From NCBI GenBank assembly GCA_973851085.1, contig OZ316775.1, positions 14,198,001-14,262,000 on the forward strand: 64,000 nt of DNA, written 5' to 3'. The notes beneath the pieces were generated by a model, which saw nothing but the letters and a program-made list of their open reading frames with translations, was not told the DNA's origin and searched no databases. The DNA is from Ptychomitrium polyphyllum (taxonomy: Eukaryota). How positions within the stretch are numbered: the first letter of the stretch is position 1; every line of letters begins with the position of its first letter. Shown piece after piece: positions 1 to 12,379 of this stretch. Made by a program: the position numbers and the translations under genes.

Positions 1-163
1 GTTTGTATTCACCGTGACAACTGTGCACTCTGATGTTCTGCTTCTCACCGTTCTCTCTGTCTACTTGAGAATGTTTGCCACTTGAGCTCGCCATGGCAGT
101 TGCACCCTCTTGCTGAAGGACCTCATTTAGCTTTGCAGACGATGCGCTTCGAAGCCCTTCCAT
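1..163 (-). CDS. Possible 5' end of a gene running off the left edge (unknown product)
   Basis: ATG at 163 opens a frame with no stop to position 1 (MEGLRSASSAKLNEVLQQEGATAMASSSGKHSQVDRENGEKQNIRVHSCHGEYK); an intron-like pyrimidine tract with AG acceptor lies upstream near 301. No family recognised. Confidence 0.25.
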   Translation of the reverse strand, partial: MEGLRSASSAKLNEVLQQEGATAMASSSGKHSQVDRENGEKQNIRVHSCHGEYK

Positions 164-1063
164 GCGCTGAGTGTTTGCAGCAATCGACAAATATCAAGGA
201 TTTCTACAAGAAATCAAGGGTTTTCCTTTTCCAGGTTCGGAAACTGTCAGAGTGCAGGGCGAAGCATGTTGGACATGAGAACTCTGAGGGCAAACTCCAC
301 CTACACCCAAATCGAACAGCAACAAGGCAAGTGCTCGTACGGTAATTAAAAAATTAACAATCTAACACTGCAAGAGTAACTTGCGACGAATTTCTGCCTC
401 CTCCCTAACCTTCTTTTCTAAACCCTCCATGTTGCTCAGCAACAAAGCCAACGACGGTGATGTATCAGGCTGCGGATCAGAGGCGGACATCCTCAACTAG
501 CAACTTGGAACCAAGAATAGCCTGTCCTCTATCAACTTGCAAATGAATGCACTTACAAGAGCGAAGATTAAGTCAAATACAAGGTTTTAGCAGTCACAAG
601 GAGCCGATAGTAATCTTAGAACGTTAAACCCCACTGAAAACTCGACGTCGCTGAAACAGCGACATAGCATCAACAATGAAGAGAGAATTTCAAGCCAGCG
701 GCAAACTATGCGCAACTGATGTGCATGGTTACTTTAAAAACGTCGACTCAATAGGTTAGTCCGATTTCTATAAATTGGAAATCTAAACGAAAAATTATGC
801 GTATTCCATACCCAGGGCAAATATGATTTGATTTAGACAGTTCACCTTCATCTTAAACAGACAGGTTAGATATGAATGATGTACACACTCCAACTTAATC
901 GTTATTACAAAGTACGGACTGAGCTGATTCCAACTTAATCAAGACCTACACCCAGATTATAAAAAGAATCAAATACACAAAATGTACAAACAAGTCACCA
1001 AATGCAGCAATCTGAACCTGCCTAAAAAATCTCCACGTAAGCTTGTATAAGCACCTGCACAGC

Positions 1064-4000
1064 TCAAGTTAATGAGAGGCGATCCCGTAGAGTATCAAAC
1101 AGAGCCCCAGCAGCTGTATTCTGACCAAACGTAATCTTCAACCTGCCTAGCAATTCACTGTCTTTAGCTTGAGCAGCAGCTTCTGTTGCTTCCTTCTCCA
1201 TGCCAATACGCGCATACGCCTGAAATCAGCAAGTTTCTTGATCAGGATAAGAGAGGACTTGTGTAGCTACCCAGAAGAATTAACGTTTTGAGATTAAATA
1301 ACTTAAGAAGATGCCCGAAGATGCCAATGCAAGAAACTTACTAGTGAATAACACCTGGTTGTTAAGAGGATAAAATAGGGCATACCTCAGCTCTCTCTTG
1401 GGGATCTGTAAGCTTGACAATGTACTTCAAAGCTTCAGCATTTTCCTCTTCTTCTATGCATGCCTCAACAAATGGTTTGTATCCTGCAAGAAAAAAAATT
1501 ATAGCACAAGTCAAAAAAATATAACGGTACCTATTTAAAAAATATGCAATGCTGTAGAAAGATTCATAATTTGAATGCGTTTTGCAGGTTTTGATGAGCA
1601 AATTCAAGATTGGTAAAAGTTTAATGCTTTAACCTGAAAGAATATTTTAAGTAATTACAAGCTTATACTTGCAAGATTATGTATATCTGAGTACCTAAGA
1701 AGGTTCATGCATCGACCAACTTAAGGATAAAAAAATGGGTAAAGATCTAGCAGTGCTTGATTGGCATCCTACCTATCGGAGGTTTCTTTTCTTTAGAAAA
1801 CTTCTCCAGTGCCTCCCACTGCTTTGCAGTTGCAAGTGCAAACACTTTCAGCCAATAGAAACGCTTGTCAGGGACCTGAATAAATAAGGAGCAGAATTAG
1901 AACATAATCTGACTCAATTTGTCACAAATATGTTGACATAACAAATTCCAATGCTTTAAAACCTGAAGATGCGGCAAGGAACTGAATAACCTGCGGTGCC
2001 CAAAACAAGCCTCACTCGCAACACTACTCAAATATAACACGAATAAATAATAGCAGCCGTAATTTTGAGTAAAGAACGCGATACAAACTCGTAGAATATG
2101 GTGCATATAGGAACAAGTACCTTAAAGTCTACTTTCACTCTTTGAGCAGCTCGGTGGTTGCCCAGGGTAATCAGTGTGCGTATTGTGTCACTGACACTAG
2201 AATCCACAAAGATCTGCTGTCCTGTAGAGATTTCAAACTCCTGCTGCAATCTGCGAGGAGTCACATGACAACATGCATTCTTCAATAGAATACCTTAGAG
2301 TAGTCCAATAAAGCACTCATCATGCAAAACATTGTACCAAAGAAAAGTAACAATTTCATGGTCATAAAGCGGGACTAGATAAAAGGAGGTTGTTTTTGAA
2401 GTTGAGTACGTACTTGAGCAGCTTTCCCTGTTCTTCGGCAGCTGCTCGCTCAAACATGTGCTCTTTGGTTTGTGCATATAGGTCACTTGCTTGGTCTATT
2501 GTTTTCAAGCGAGGCCCTTGCAAAGCTGATCCAGAACGACTTCCTATGCTTCGAGAATAACTCCAGGATTCTTTCAAACAAACTTCTGCAGCACTCTGCC
2601 CATACATAGATGAGATAAGAGATTAGTCAGCTGTCAGAAATAATTAAAAATGTTTCGCTGCATACCAAGTCGATATTTAAAACCCTTTAAAATCTTTTAA
2701 ACTACCGAAAAAGCAGCATCACAAGTTCAGAAAAATCACTTGCGCAATAAATAGATTGCATCTGTTAAATTGATTGAATTACATTAGGATGATTCCATAA
2801 ATCACATGAACCACACAACGTCAACACCAGGTATGTACGAAACGTATAACATGTAAACTGTTCCTGCTGATACCTGAATTTGACCAATTGATATGAAGAA
2901 TTTTTTCAAAATTTCAGGATCGTTTTGCCTGCAATAGAGTAAAAATATTAATAGACAAATGCATTTTGAGCAATCGGGAGTTCAAAAATGTAGAACACAC
3001 TTGGACCGTGCCAGTTATTCCCGTATCACTTTCAGCTAAATAGTTTCACACCTAGACTCTTCAACAAAACTACAGTTGGCTCAAGGATAGCCAAGTAGAT
3101 TAATCGGAGTCAGTACGTTAGAAAGAAAAAGAGCAGACCAACTTATTCCGGTTGTCTGAAACGACCACAACATGAGCACCCAAGTACCTGGCATACGCAA
3201 TGAAAAGATTGCGGGCAAGAGATTTCGCCTGAATGATGCGGAAGAAGTCTGACAGAGGTCTCTGTGTACGACATCAGCAGAAGTCTCATAAGACATTGTT
3301 CATACAATTGCAACGACAGTAATTTGTTAGAAGTTTTATATTTGATAAAATTGATAAAATAAGCTCAAAGACATGCCTTTGTAAACCTGTGAAAAGTTCA
3401 ATAATAAACCAGACTTCCAATTTATAATTCTACATCAATCCATGACACACAATTCCAAAAGCATTAATTCACCATCGTAGAAAATCCCTCGAGTTTCATT
3501 TCAAATATATATTCTGAAGAAATTCAACTCACTTTGCGCCATATGTAAAAAATTGAAAAATACACCAGATCAGTGTCGCCACTCTCAATGGCCTTAACAA
3601 GTGCTCTCTCCTCTTCACCCATACTTGTCAAAAGGGGTACCTGAATTTTCCAAAAAAACCATAAGTCACAAATACAGCTCGCTCGAAGAGCATGGAAATT
3701 GAACATTTGAAAAATCCAAATCTCAAAGTTACCTGCTCAGAAGCACGTGGTTCGTAGTCTAGAAGAAGAGCAGCAAGTTTCTGCCGACCATTTCGATGTG
3801 CATCAGCAGCTACAGTAGCATATGAAATTCCAGGGCACGCTTTCAGCTGCAAATTTCAGAACAAAACCATTGTCAAAACCATGATGCGTACCAGCTAACA
3901 GACGAAAATGGCGAGAACCCCACTAATCCAGGTGTGTTAGATCTTTACAACTGGAATAACTCGTAGAAAATTACTGGCATAGTTGTTGCTTATTACTTCC

Positions 4001-6276
4001 AGCTGCATCAACGAGGGCTAAGCTCGTAAAAAAAACTACCTTTTCCAATAATACTTCCAAAAGCACTGCGTCTGGAACATCACTGGATGCAATGATCTTA
4101 GTACATGCCCAATGTACCAGGACAACTTCCTGTTCACAACCAAGACCAATTCCCACCTTTGAGAACTCCCAGCATTCAATGTATGAAGACAATAGACAAC
4201 AAAATCGGTTCTTAACTAGCAATTCCTTATTACAACGATGTTAGCAAGCTAGCTGAGTCCACTTCAGGCACAAACCTTGCTTAGATCTAGATACTCAGAT
4301 ATGCGCAGAGCCAGAAGGTGCCGATGAGCATTGACAAGTCTTGCTATAAGAACTGGTGCTGTAAGATCCTGGACATTAATATGAGTTGTCAGCATACACA
4401 TGGATAATCCAATCTTTGATGCAATATAAGTGATGGGCAATCTGAAAAGACTGGTGAACTTCCGTAATAGAGGATTCTCCAAGCAAGCAATAAAGATCTT
4501 AATGGTAACAACATACTATACATATAGAGACTAAACGAAGCACTATTGAGATGGAAATATTCTCCACTCATACCTTAAACTGCTGAATACTAAGCGGTAT
4601 ACCAATCTCAAACTGCCTAACAGCATTCAGCACTCTCAAAGTCCTACACATATCCTGAAACTGATCTCGATCAAACTTCCTGCCAAAAGAATAACCTCCA
4701 TTAGCATTATAACATGTTTCACCTTGCTCGTAATACAGAAAAATGAAAAAGAAAACTTGGAATGACGAGTTATTGCCCAAACAACGACAATTCAGAACTA
4801 ACATCAACCTCTGCCATGACGAAGTCAAGAAGGCAACCTGCAAAACGCTCTGCCATAAGCAGCAGCACGCAGCAGGGTACGTTGTAAAGAGATGTCGAAT
4901 TCATGCCCTGCTGCATCGATACAATCTTTGACTGCATCCGGTAATTTATCACTTATCAATCTAATGTTCTCATCCGCCTGATATCAAAAAATAAAATGCA
5001 GCCATATTAGACCATAATGCCTTCACATGTCCTAAACGCACATGATTTAGAATGAACATCAAGTCCACGTGTAATGTCTGAAATACCTTCGCACTTCGTT
5101 TATCGAATTGCTCCAGGGCATCAAAGAGCATAGCCGCAGGGGAAGTGCTGCCAATTTTGAAGATAGAAACTGTGGAATCAGGCACCCTACGCAGGAACTC
5201 CATGTATGTGTTGGACAATATGCGGACGCCATCACATTCAGGTATGAGGACAATCGGTTCATCGTAAGACCATCTCACCACGTCACCGTAAGGGCCTACC
5301 ATGACTAGTTCCTCTTCCCAGTATAGGAGCACACTGTCAACTCCACACCAAACGAGCTGCTCTGGCGGCAAAGCTGACTGCAACGTGCACATCAACAACA
5401 CATGAACTATGAGCAGAAATTCCATCAGCCTAAATCAAGCACATCAAACAGTTAAGGTTTTCAGTAACTCCCATAAGGCAACAATGAAGGCATACAACAC
5501 ACCTCTGTTAAGTGCTCCAGTATCGTCTTACTGAAATCAGTGTAAACAACCATTAGTCGCCCATCGTGCGTGAAACAAGCCAAAAGATTCCCATTCGATG
5601 AAAGGGTCATCTTTTGAATAGGCCCGAAATCAACCATCTGGTCTTGCACATTCTCCGCATCTACCATCAGAACAGAAGATCCAACAGCCAAGAGTACTTC
5701 CAAGTTCCCAGACAATGTGTACTGCGGTTCCACAACCGCCATGCAATGTGGGGGATCCTCCAGATGAGGATCGGCGAGCTTGACAACCGTCTGCGTCTCC
5801 AAATTCGGGATACTGAATAATTGATTCTGCTCTGTGAGCACAACAAGGCCGCTCCCCCAAATGATACATTCCGCCACTCCCTGGTTCCAACACTCTTGCC
5901 CAAGCGAAAGCTGCTCCGGAATAAGCTCCCCATGAATGTTGTATTGGAATATAGTGCCATCATGCACAACCGCCAGGAGAATCTCCTCGTCAGTCCATCC
6001 AAGTGCAATGAGACGCCCACCGGGACGATCCCATGGCACAGAGGACAGCAGCTTCCCCGAAGACGAAAACAACAACAGCTTCGCTCGAGCGGACTCTGCT
6101 TTCAGCTGCACCATCTTCGACTCATCTCGCACCATAGCAATCGGTCCCCCAAATTTCGCACATGCCACTTTATGGCGGCTCAAATCGACACTATTCCAAC
6201 ACATCGTATAGATCTCCTGCTTCCGGTAGTACCGGTTGTACAGCGCCTCCCACTCGGCAGCTATAGATATCGCCAT
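1064..6276 (-). CDS. VPS16: Vacuolar protein sorting 16 (VCL1/VPS16, HOPS/CORVET core subunit), 15 coding exons, ~837 aa
   Basis: N-terminus [25 protein letters not shown]; motifs [43 protein letters not shown]-terminus [11 protein letters not shown]. Exons: 6276-5503, 5377-5087, 4977-4838, 4679-4574, 4368-4276, 4129-4040, 3846-3733, 3640-3533, 3261-3188, 2928-2874, 2595-2414, 2250-2121, 1875-1773, 1483-1386, 1219-1064. All GT-AG, total 2514 nt in frame. Confidence 0.96.
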
Positions 6277-7964
6277 CGTTCATAGACCACCAAAACCCTA
6301 AAATAGAGAACTCAGGCTTCTCGATCATCAGCGATCATTCCTTGAGCTGTCAAGCTTGTTGATCATCAGTCCAGAGACCTTAAATTGCTAGCCTTCTCTT
6401 CCTCGTCCAGCGTGAAGCTCTACGATTTGTTCTGACAAGCCTTCACTGCAAGCAACAAGTGTGAAAAAATAAAAACTTAGACCTCAATGGAAACGTACAG
6501 CCGAAACTCAATCTGGAGTACGGCCCAAGCGAACAGACTGGTAACGGAAGAAAATTCAGCTGCGTAGAACCTCAAATCCACCAATCCGTCTCCATCCCTT
6601 CAAGCTCCGAGACTAGTAAGGTGCACCGGATAGTTTCTATCCAAGCTACACTAACGATCACCTTCTGCTTTCCAATCTACGCTTCGTATTAATCCACCTT
6701 GAGAATCACTTTCGCAGCAAGTGAGGGCCTCCTTGAATCCATAACACTGATTATAAGCTACGCAGCCATATCGCACCCATTGCTACTATCATGCATCATC
6801 ATCCCACACAGCAGCTTCAACGAGAGCTCATCTCACGAATCTGTGCACCATTGCAGGGTTAAGCCTCTCTAAATGCAAATCCAGATTATACAACGCAAAC
6901 CGAATGCTAAACCGCAAACGCGACATCATTCAGCGCATAATCTTAAACCCTAACCTCAATGCTGAGATGTGATCATAATCACGCGCCATACCAAAATACT
7001 CACGCATTTGATCTTCACCAACAATCACGGCCAACTCTTCACAGAGAAGACGCGTGAGTAATGAGGCCCGACCAGCCGCATGAAGCCCCGCGATCCGCAT
7101 AGGTGGGAGATTCAACGGCGAGGCGACAGAGAGAAAGAGGCACTGGTGACCAAATTGGGTTTCTAGGAAAGGTCGTGTGGGAAGTAGAGAGTAGCGCAGG
7201 AACGCAGCACTGCGATATCACTACGTTATGACCTAGTATAACCCCGGCATGACCATACTATCGGATAGGTATTACCGAGGTGTTGAGTGCTTGCAATGAA
7301 CAGCTCCAGGCTTGATGTTTTCTTCGCTTCATCGTGGTGATATCCAGCCTGCGTTCCTGCCCAGCTCTCCGCTTCGCACACGACCTTTTCTCGAAACTTG
7401 ATTTGATCACCAGTGCCTCCCCCCCCCCCGCGCTCTCTCTCTCTCTCTCTCTCGCTCTCGTGGTGCCGTTCATGCGGCTTGATCGGGCCTCTTTCCTCAC
7501 GCCTCTTCTTTGTGAAGATTCTGGTTTTTTGTGACTTAATCTGGAAGGTGATTAAGTTACGGCATTGAGGTTAGGGTTTAAGGTTATGCACTGAATTTTG
7601 CTGTAGCGTGCGGTTTTATTTTCACTTCATGCTACGGAGTCCGGATTTGCACCGAGCTTAAACCCCTGCTACAGAGGAACCTTCAGTTTGGAATGTTAGA
7701 TGATTCAAACGAGATGGTTTTACTTTGAAGCTACTGTGTGAGGTGAAAATGAGCACAGCAATTGAGTAGACATTATCGGTTTTATGGAGTGAAGTCTCGA
7801 GGGTCTTCACTTTTTGGTAAAGTACCTCTCAAGTTAGGCTTGTTCGAAGTGAACAAGGAAAGCAGAAGGTGTTGGTCAGTGGAGGTTTGACGGAGGCTAT
7901 TTAGATTGGAGAGGAGAACTGCAGTTGGATACTGACTGTTTGAGTTTCTGGACAGTTCGAGAGG
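6277..7964. promoter_or_regulatory. Divergent promoter / 5'UTR region shared by VPS16 and FTA
   Basis: Head-to-head ATGs at 6276 (-) and 7965 (+); AAACCCTA telo-box-like motifs near 6293, 6946 and 7572; pyrimidine tract at 7419-7460. Confidence 0.5.
7419..7460 (+). repeat. Poly-C followed by (CT)n microsatellite
   Basis: ccccccccccc gcg ctctctctctctctctctctc seen directly; typical of plant 5'UTR/core promoter regions. Confidence 0.85.
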
Positions 7965-9596
7965 ATGGCGGCATTTGAGGCAGAAGGCGGTGAAGCTGAA
8001 TCAGGTTTCGACTGGACAGATTTGGAACCAATCTCCCAGGACGATGGTCCGAAGCCAGTGGTCCCCATTGCTTACACGGACTCCTTCCGGGAGGCGATGG
8101 ACATGTTTCGTGCAATTCTCGCCAAGGATGAGCGAAGCCCCCGGGCTTTGAAGCTGACCAGCGATGTCATCGCCCTTAATCCTGCAAATTATACGGTATG
8201 CGAGGGTTTCTTGGTGGTCTAGGGTTAGGTGTAAATATTCATTCTTTGTGATCTTCTTTGGTAGAAGAGAACTTAGAATTGTCCCTAAACCTTTAATATA
8301 TTGTTAACTCTACTTATTGGGGATATAGGTGTGGCATTTCAGACGACTTGTGTTGGAGACTTTGGGCAGCGACTTGCTCGAGGAGCTCGAGTTTCTGGAT
8401 GCTTCTGCAGAAGGGAATCACAAGAACTATCAGATCTGGTAGGTCTTTCTATGCTTTGTGATCCTATGAGCTGATCTCACGTCTCTTGGGGATTTTGAAC
8501 ACGCTGAGAATTAACTGACAATCGAATAGTGGCAATGCCACTGTGTACATAGATTCTTAGTTTTTATTTTTCTTTCTTACCTTGCAGAAAGAGTTGTTTC
8601 GGTTTCTGAGTCCACTTTCGTCTGAGCTGGTGTAGGCATCATCGGCGGTGGGTGGTCCAGAAGTTGGGCAAGGAGGCTGTTTACAAGGAATTGGAGTTTA
8701 CAGAAAGTGCACTTGAAGACGATCCGAAAAATTATCATGCTTGGTCTCATCGCCAGGTTTTACTTTCTTTGTACTAGTTCTGCTTGCTTCATATCTGCTG
8801 TTGCTCATTGTAGTTCTAATTTTTATTTTTTACGAAGCAAACAGAAGTGAATTATATTGTAATGTACCTGTAGTTTTCAAGGTCAAAGTAGGGTGGTTTA
8901 TTGTTTGGTCAGTAGCAGACACTTTCAGACGCTGAAAGCACGTCTGGTGCATTTGCAGTGGCTACTGCAGGAGCTGGAAGAATGGAAGTGGGAACTCGAC
9001 TACTGCTCCAAGCTCTTGAAGCAAGATTCTGCAAATAATTCTGCTTGGAATCAGGTATGATACCAGGCTGTATTAGCATCTTATTATGCTTGAATTATGC
9101 TGAGGCTCTTGAACCATGTCGAGGACACTTTTGACCATGTGACATACATCTGCAGAGGTATTTTGTTGTCACCCGATGCCCATCTTTAGGAGGATTGCAG
9201 CAAATGAGGGACTCGGAAGTGCGTTATTGTGTCGACGTCATCAAACAGGTCCCAACAAATGAGAGTCCCTGGAGGTATCTTAAGGGTTTGTTCCTAGATG
9301 ACCAAGCTGCTTTTGTTAAAGATTCCTTAGTGAGTGAAGCATGTATATCAGAAATAGTGAAGGATTTACACAATGTACCTGCACTCGGTTTCTTGTTAGA
9401 TCTAGTGAGTGCTGGTTTCCAGCCAACATCTGGTCAGCGGGAGATGTTACGAAAGGTCTTGTCGACATGGGTGACGCCGTCTGAGCTGGCTGATGCTGTG
9501 TGCACTAGACTTGAAAAGGCTGATGCTATCCGGTGTCAGTATTGGGCATGGAGAAGGTCCCTGCTGCCCCTTTTTGTGGCAGCTCCTGAAACATGA
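7965..9596 (+). CDS. FTA: Protein farnesyltransferase/geranylgeranyltransferase type-I alpha subunit (PLURIPETALA-like), 5 exons, ~332 aa
   Basis: [20 protein letters not shown] and PPTA repeats [51 protein letters not shown]. Exons 7965-8195, 8329-8438, 8636-8756, 8959-9054, 9156-9596 (999 nt). Confidence 0.95.
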
Positions 9597-10740
9597 ACTC
9601 GAGATGTAAGTGAAGATTTAGAAAGGTAATCAGTTGTATCTAAATAAGTTATAAATACAAGATGTGTAGAGAATGCAGGAAATCTTCTCTGTGTATGGGG
9701 TAGCTATATCAACAGGTCGCGCAACAAGTTTCTTGAGAATTGGGTGACTCTCTGATGCTAGTATTATTGTTATAACCCATTTATTTCTCCTTCAGATGTT
9801 GAGGTCACAGTAAAAGGAGATTTGTGGTCAACAGAAACCTAACGCCTTTTGCATACCAACAGCATGGTCGGATATGCTCGGAGTTGATTATTGTCTAACA
9901 TAACTCTCGTCCTTCATCAACCTATGTATATGTATTTCTATGTCAGCTTATCTCCTGAGCATACAGGAGGAGAGGTCTGATAATTTTGTCGCACGAAAAG
10001 TACAAAACTAACATCAACGTCGCTGTGTTGTACTTTCTTTTTAGCTCCTACTTTAGACAACCGTTTTGTGCAAGTAGTCCACTTCACAGGTCGCACACCG
10101 CTGGGGGTGCGCCGTGCTAGACTTTGGCAATTCTAACTTATTTCTACAGTACCTTGAACGAACAACGCGAATCTTGTCAACCGCTTGGGTCAACTATGGT
10201 TCAGATTGAGATGGCGTTCAAGGGGAACTTTAACTCACCATGCTGCTGCACAGCTGAACAATCTGCCGTTGTAATCGATGTTCTGAAGCACACATGATTT
10301 ACAAGCTCAATGAACATCAGATCTTGATTATGCGTGAAACCTTGGGCATGATGTCTTGTGGGAATACGGGGCCCACAAAGAGAACGAAGAAGACGAAGAG
10401 GACAAAGAAGAGAACTCTACCCAAAAGAGCTGGCGTAAAATTTAGAGTTGGTTCATTGAATTCGATGTATTGACGTATACCGTATATTGATAGTACATTA
10501 AAGGAAGGAGCTACATTATGGAACTCCAAGTCCTTCTGTAAGGCTGGGAACAATTGACAACATTCTTGATATTCTAGACAGCTTCTTCTCAGCCCTAAAA
10601 TTTAATGGAATGTCCATCAACCCCAATCAGATTTTCCTCCAAATAGAGTAGAGGATCCAAAACAATCCATCAAGCTCCAAATAATAGAATCAACGTCAAG
10701 TTTCAAACCTCTTTCAAAACTAAAAAAATCTCCACCAAAA

Positions 10741-11778
10741 TCACTTAACTGCAGCATTTACCATAGTAGAAGTACAAGCCTTTCCTGCAAGCATGAGAGG
10801 AATCTCTTGATAACAAACCACATCACGCGCATAAGTTCCCAAATCTAATTGAACTCTCAGAATGCTTCATCTTCGGATTCAGAACTTCCTCAGCAGCACC
10901 TTCAAACCCTACAACGGTGACCTTCGCTCCAATCTCTGGTTCGGGAAGTACAAGAGTCTCACTCTGTGCCTGATCGCTGGTGGATACACATAACACTAGA
11001 CCTGCAGAGAGGATGTCGCGAACTTTACCGATCTTGATAATTGTCAGAACGATCACCTTTCGTTTCAAGATCTGATCTTCAGTTAGAAACTTCGCTAAGC
11101 CGAATATTATTTGTCTAGGATAGCCTTCACCGAAGTCGATCTCTTCGATGTATAATGTATCAACTCCCGGGTGTTTCCAGAGCTTCGTAATGATGTCTAC
11201 TCTGATGTGTAGCACACTGAAGCTCGTGTCGCTCCCTTTCTTATTAGGTTTGGAATCTGCGTCCTGCAATGAGAACTCCTTTGCTGGTTTTGGAGGTGGT
11301 TTCGGAAAGCTGAGCTTTGGTTAGTTCACACGATTACCTGGTTCTTCTGAATATAGTCAACCCATCTCAAGACATGAGGGACATTCTCTCAAGATCTGCG
11401 GAGTTGATCTCATCAAGAAGAGCATGCATGGTGAAAACTGACAGATCTGCCACAGTGATGTCCATGCCCTTGCCGGCCAACACGGACCGCGTCTCCAGAT
11501 GGTGATTCAACCTCTGCAACATGGGATCCACATCCTGGACGTCGCACATCCCGCCTGCGAATCTGACCCATTCCATAACGCCTGCTTGCACCGCCTCTGT
11601 GGATCCTAGAAGCTCGACCGCATGCGCAGTAGGTGCGACGACATGGCACACATCGCCTACCCTCGCCGACGTCACTCAGCCACAACCCCACAATTCCTGC
11701 GTCTTTCCCCAACTCCATACAGAAGGTCTCCGCAAGCTTCTTAGCCGGCCGGGTCTGATCGTTACGAACACCCACCAT
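10741..11778 (-). pseudogene. Pseudogene of Arc1p-like aminoacyl-tRNA synthetase cofactor (GST-C-like N-domain + OB-fold tRNA-binding domain)
   Basis: Motifs spread over different frames: VMEWVRFA...LNHHLETRSVLAGKG..TVADLSVF; PHVLRWVDYIQ; IRV..ITKLWKHPGVDTLYIEEIDFGE..PRQII.GLAK..GKVRDILSAGLVLC; C-terminal CYQEIPLMLAGKACTSTMVNAAVK* (stop 10741-10743). At least four frame changes (~11670, ~11380, ~11320, ~10840); no introns evident. Confidence 0.85.
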
Positions 11779-12379
11779 TGTGCGCCGTCAAGGAATTCCT
11801 ATGCAGCAATTTACATGAACTCATAAAGCATAGCTCATTCCGAGGGTTGAAATTGCAGGGGCTTATGTTCCCCATCCTTAGGACGGAGCGACAAACTAAG
11901 CGGACGGAGGCACTATCTTGCAGTCGGAGCTTCTTACCGACAGACCGGAGCAAATGAATGACACAGAGGACGCTTGTTCATCCGCACCCAACGTTCTTCT
12001 TCGTTGTTTGGGTAAACAAGGGTTTCTTGCGTCGCAGGGGGACTCCGCCTCGACTCCCGCAGCTGCTTCGCTTCCGGAATCGCAGACCCACCTGTCGGTA
12101 TTTCTCACCTCCTTTCTATCTGTACGTGCGCTTGCGCTTTTTGTGTACTTTCGTAGGTGTGTTTAGTTTAGTTTATTGGATTCTGTTAGGGATTTTGGTG
12201 CGTATTGATTGAACAGGCGGTGTTTGTATCTCGTTGGATGGGGAAGGATGCATGTATCAAGTTTCGGAATGACGATGTTTTTCCTTCGCTTCGTTTTAGG
12301 GTTTCGTATCTGGTTTCAGCGCGCCTGGGTGGTCACGGAGCTGGACTGGAGGACTTGAGGTCCTACGTAGCTGGTTGCA

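Noticed and set aside
5614..6285. Plus-strand ORFs over VPS16 exon 1 (and similar antisense ORFs over PP2C, bHLH and ADSS)
   Set aside because: Shadow frames of real coding exons with no independent family signal.
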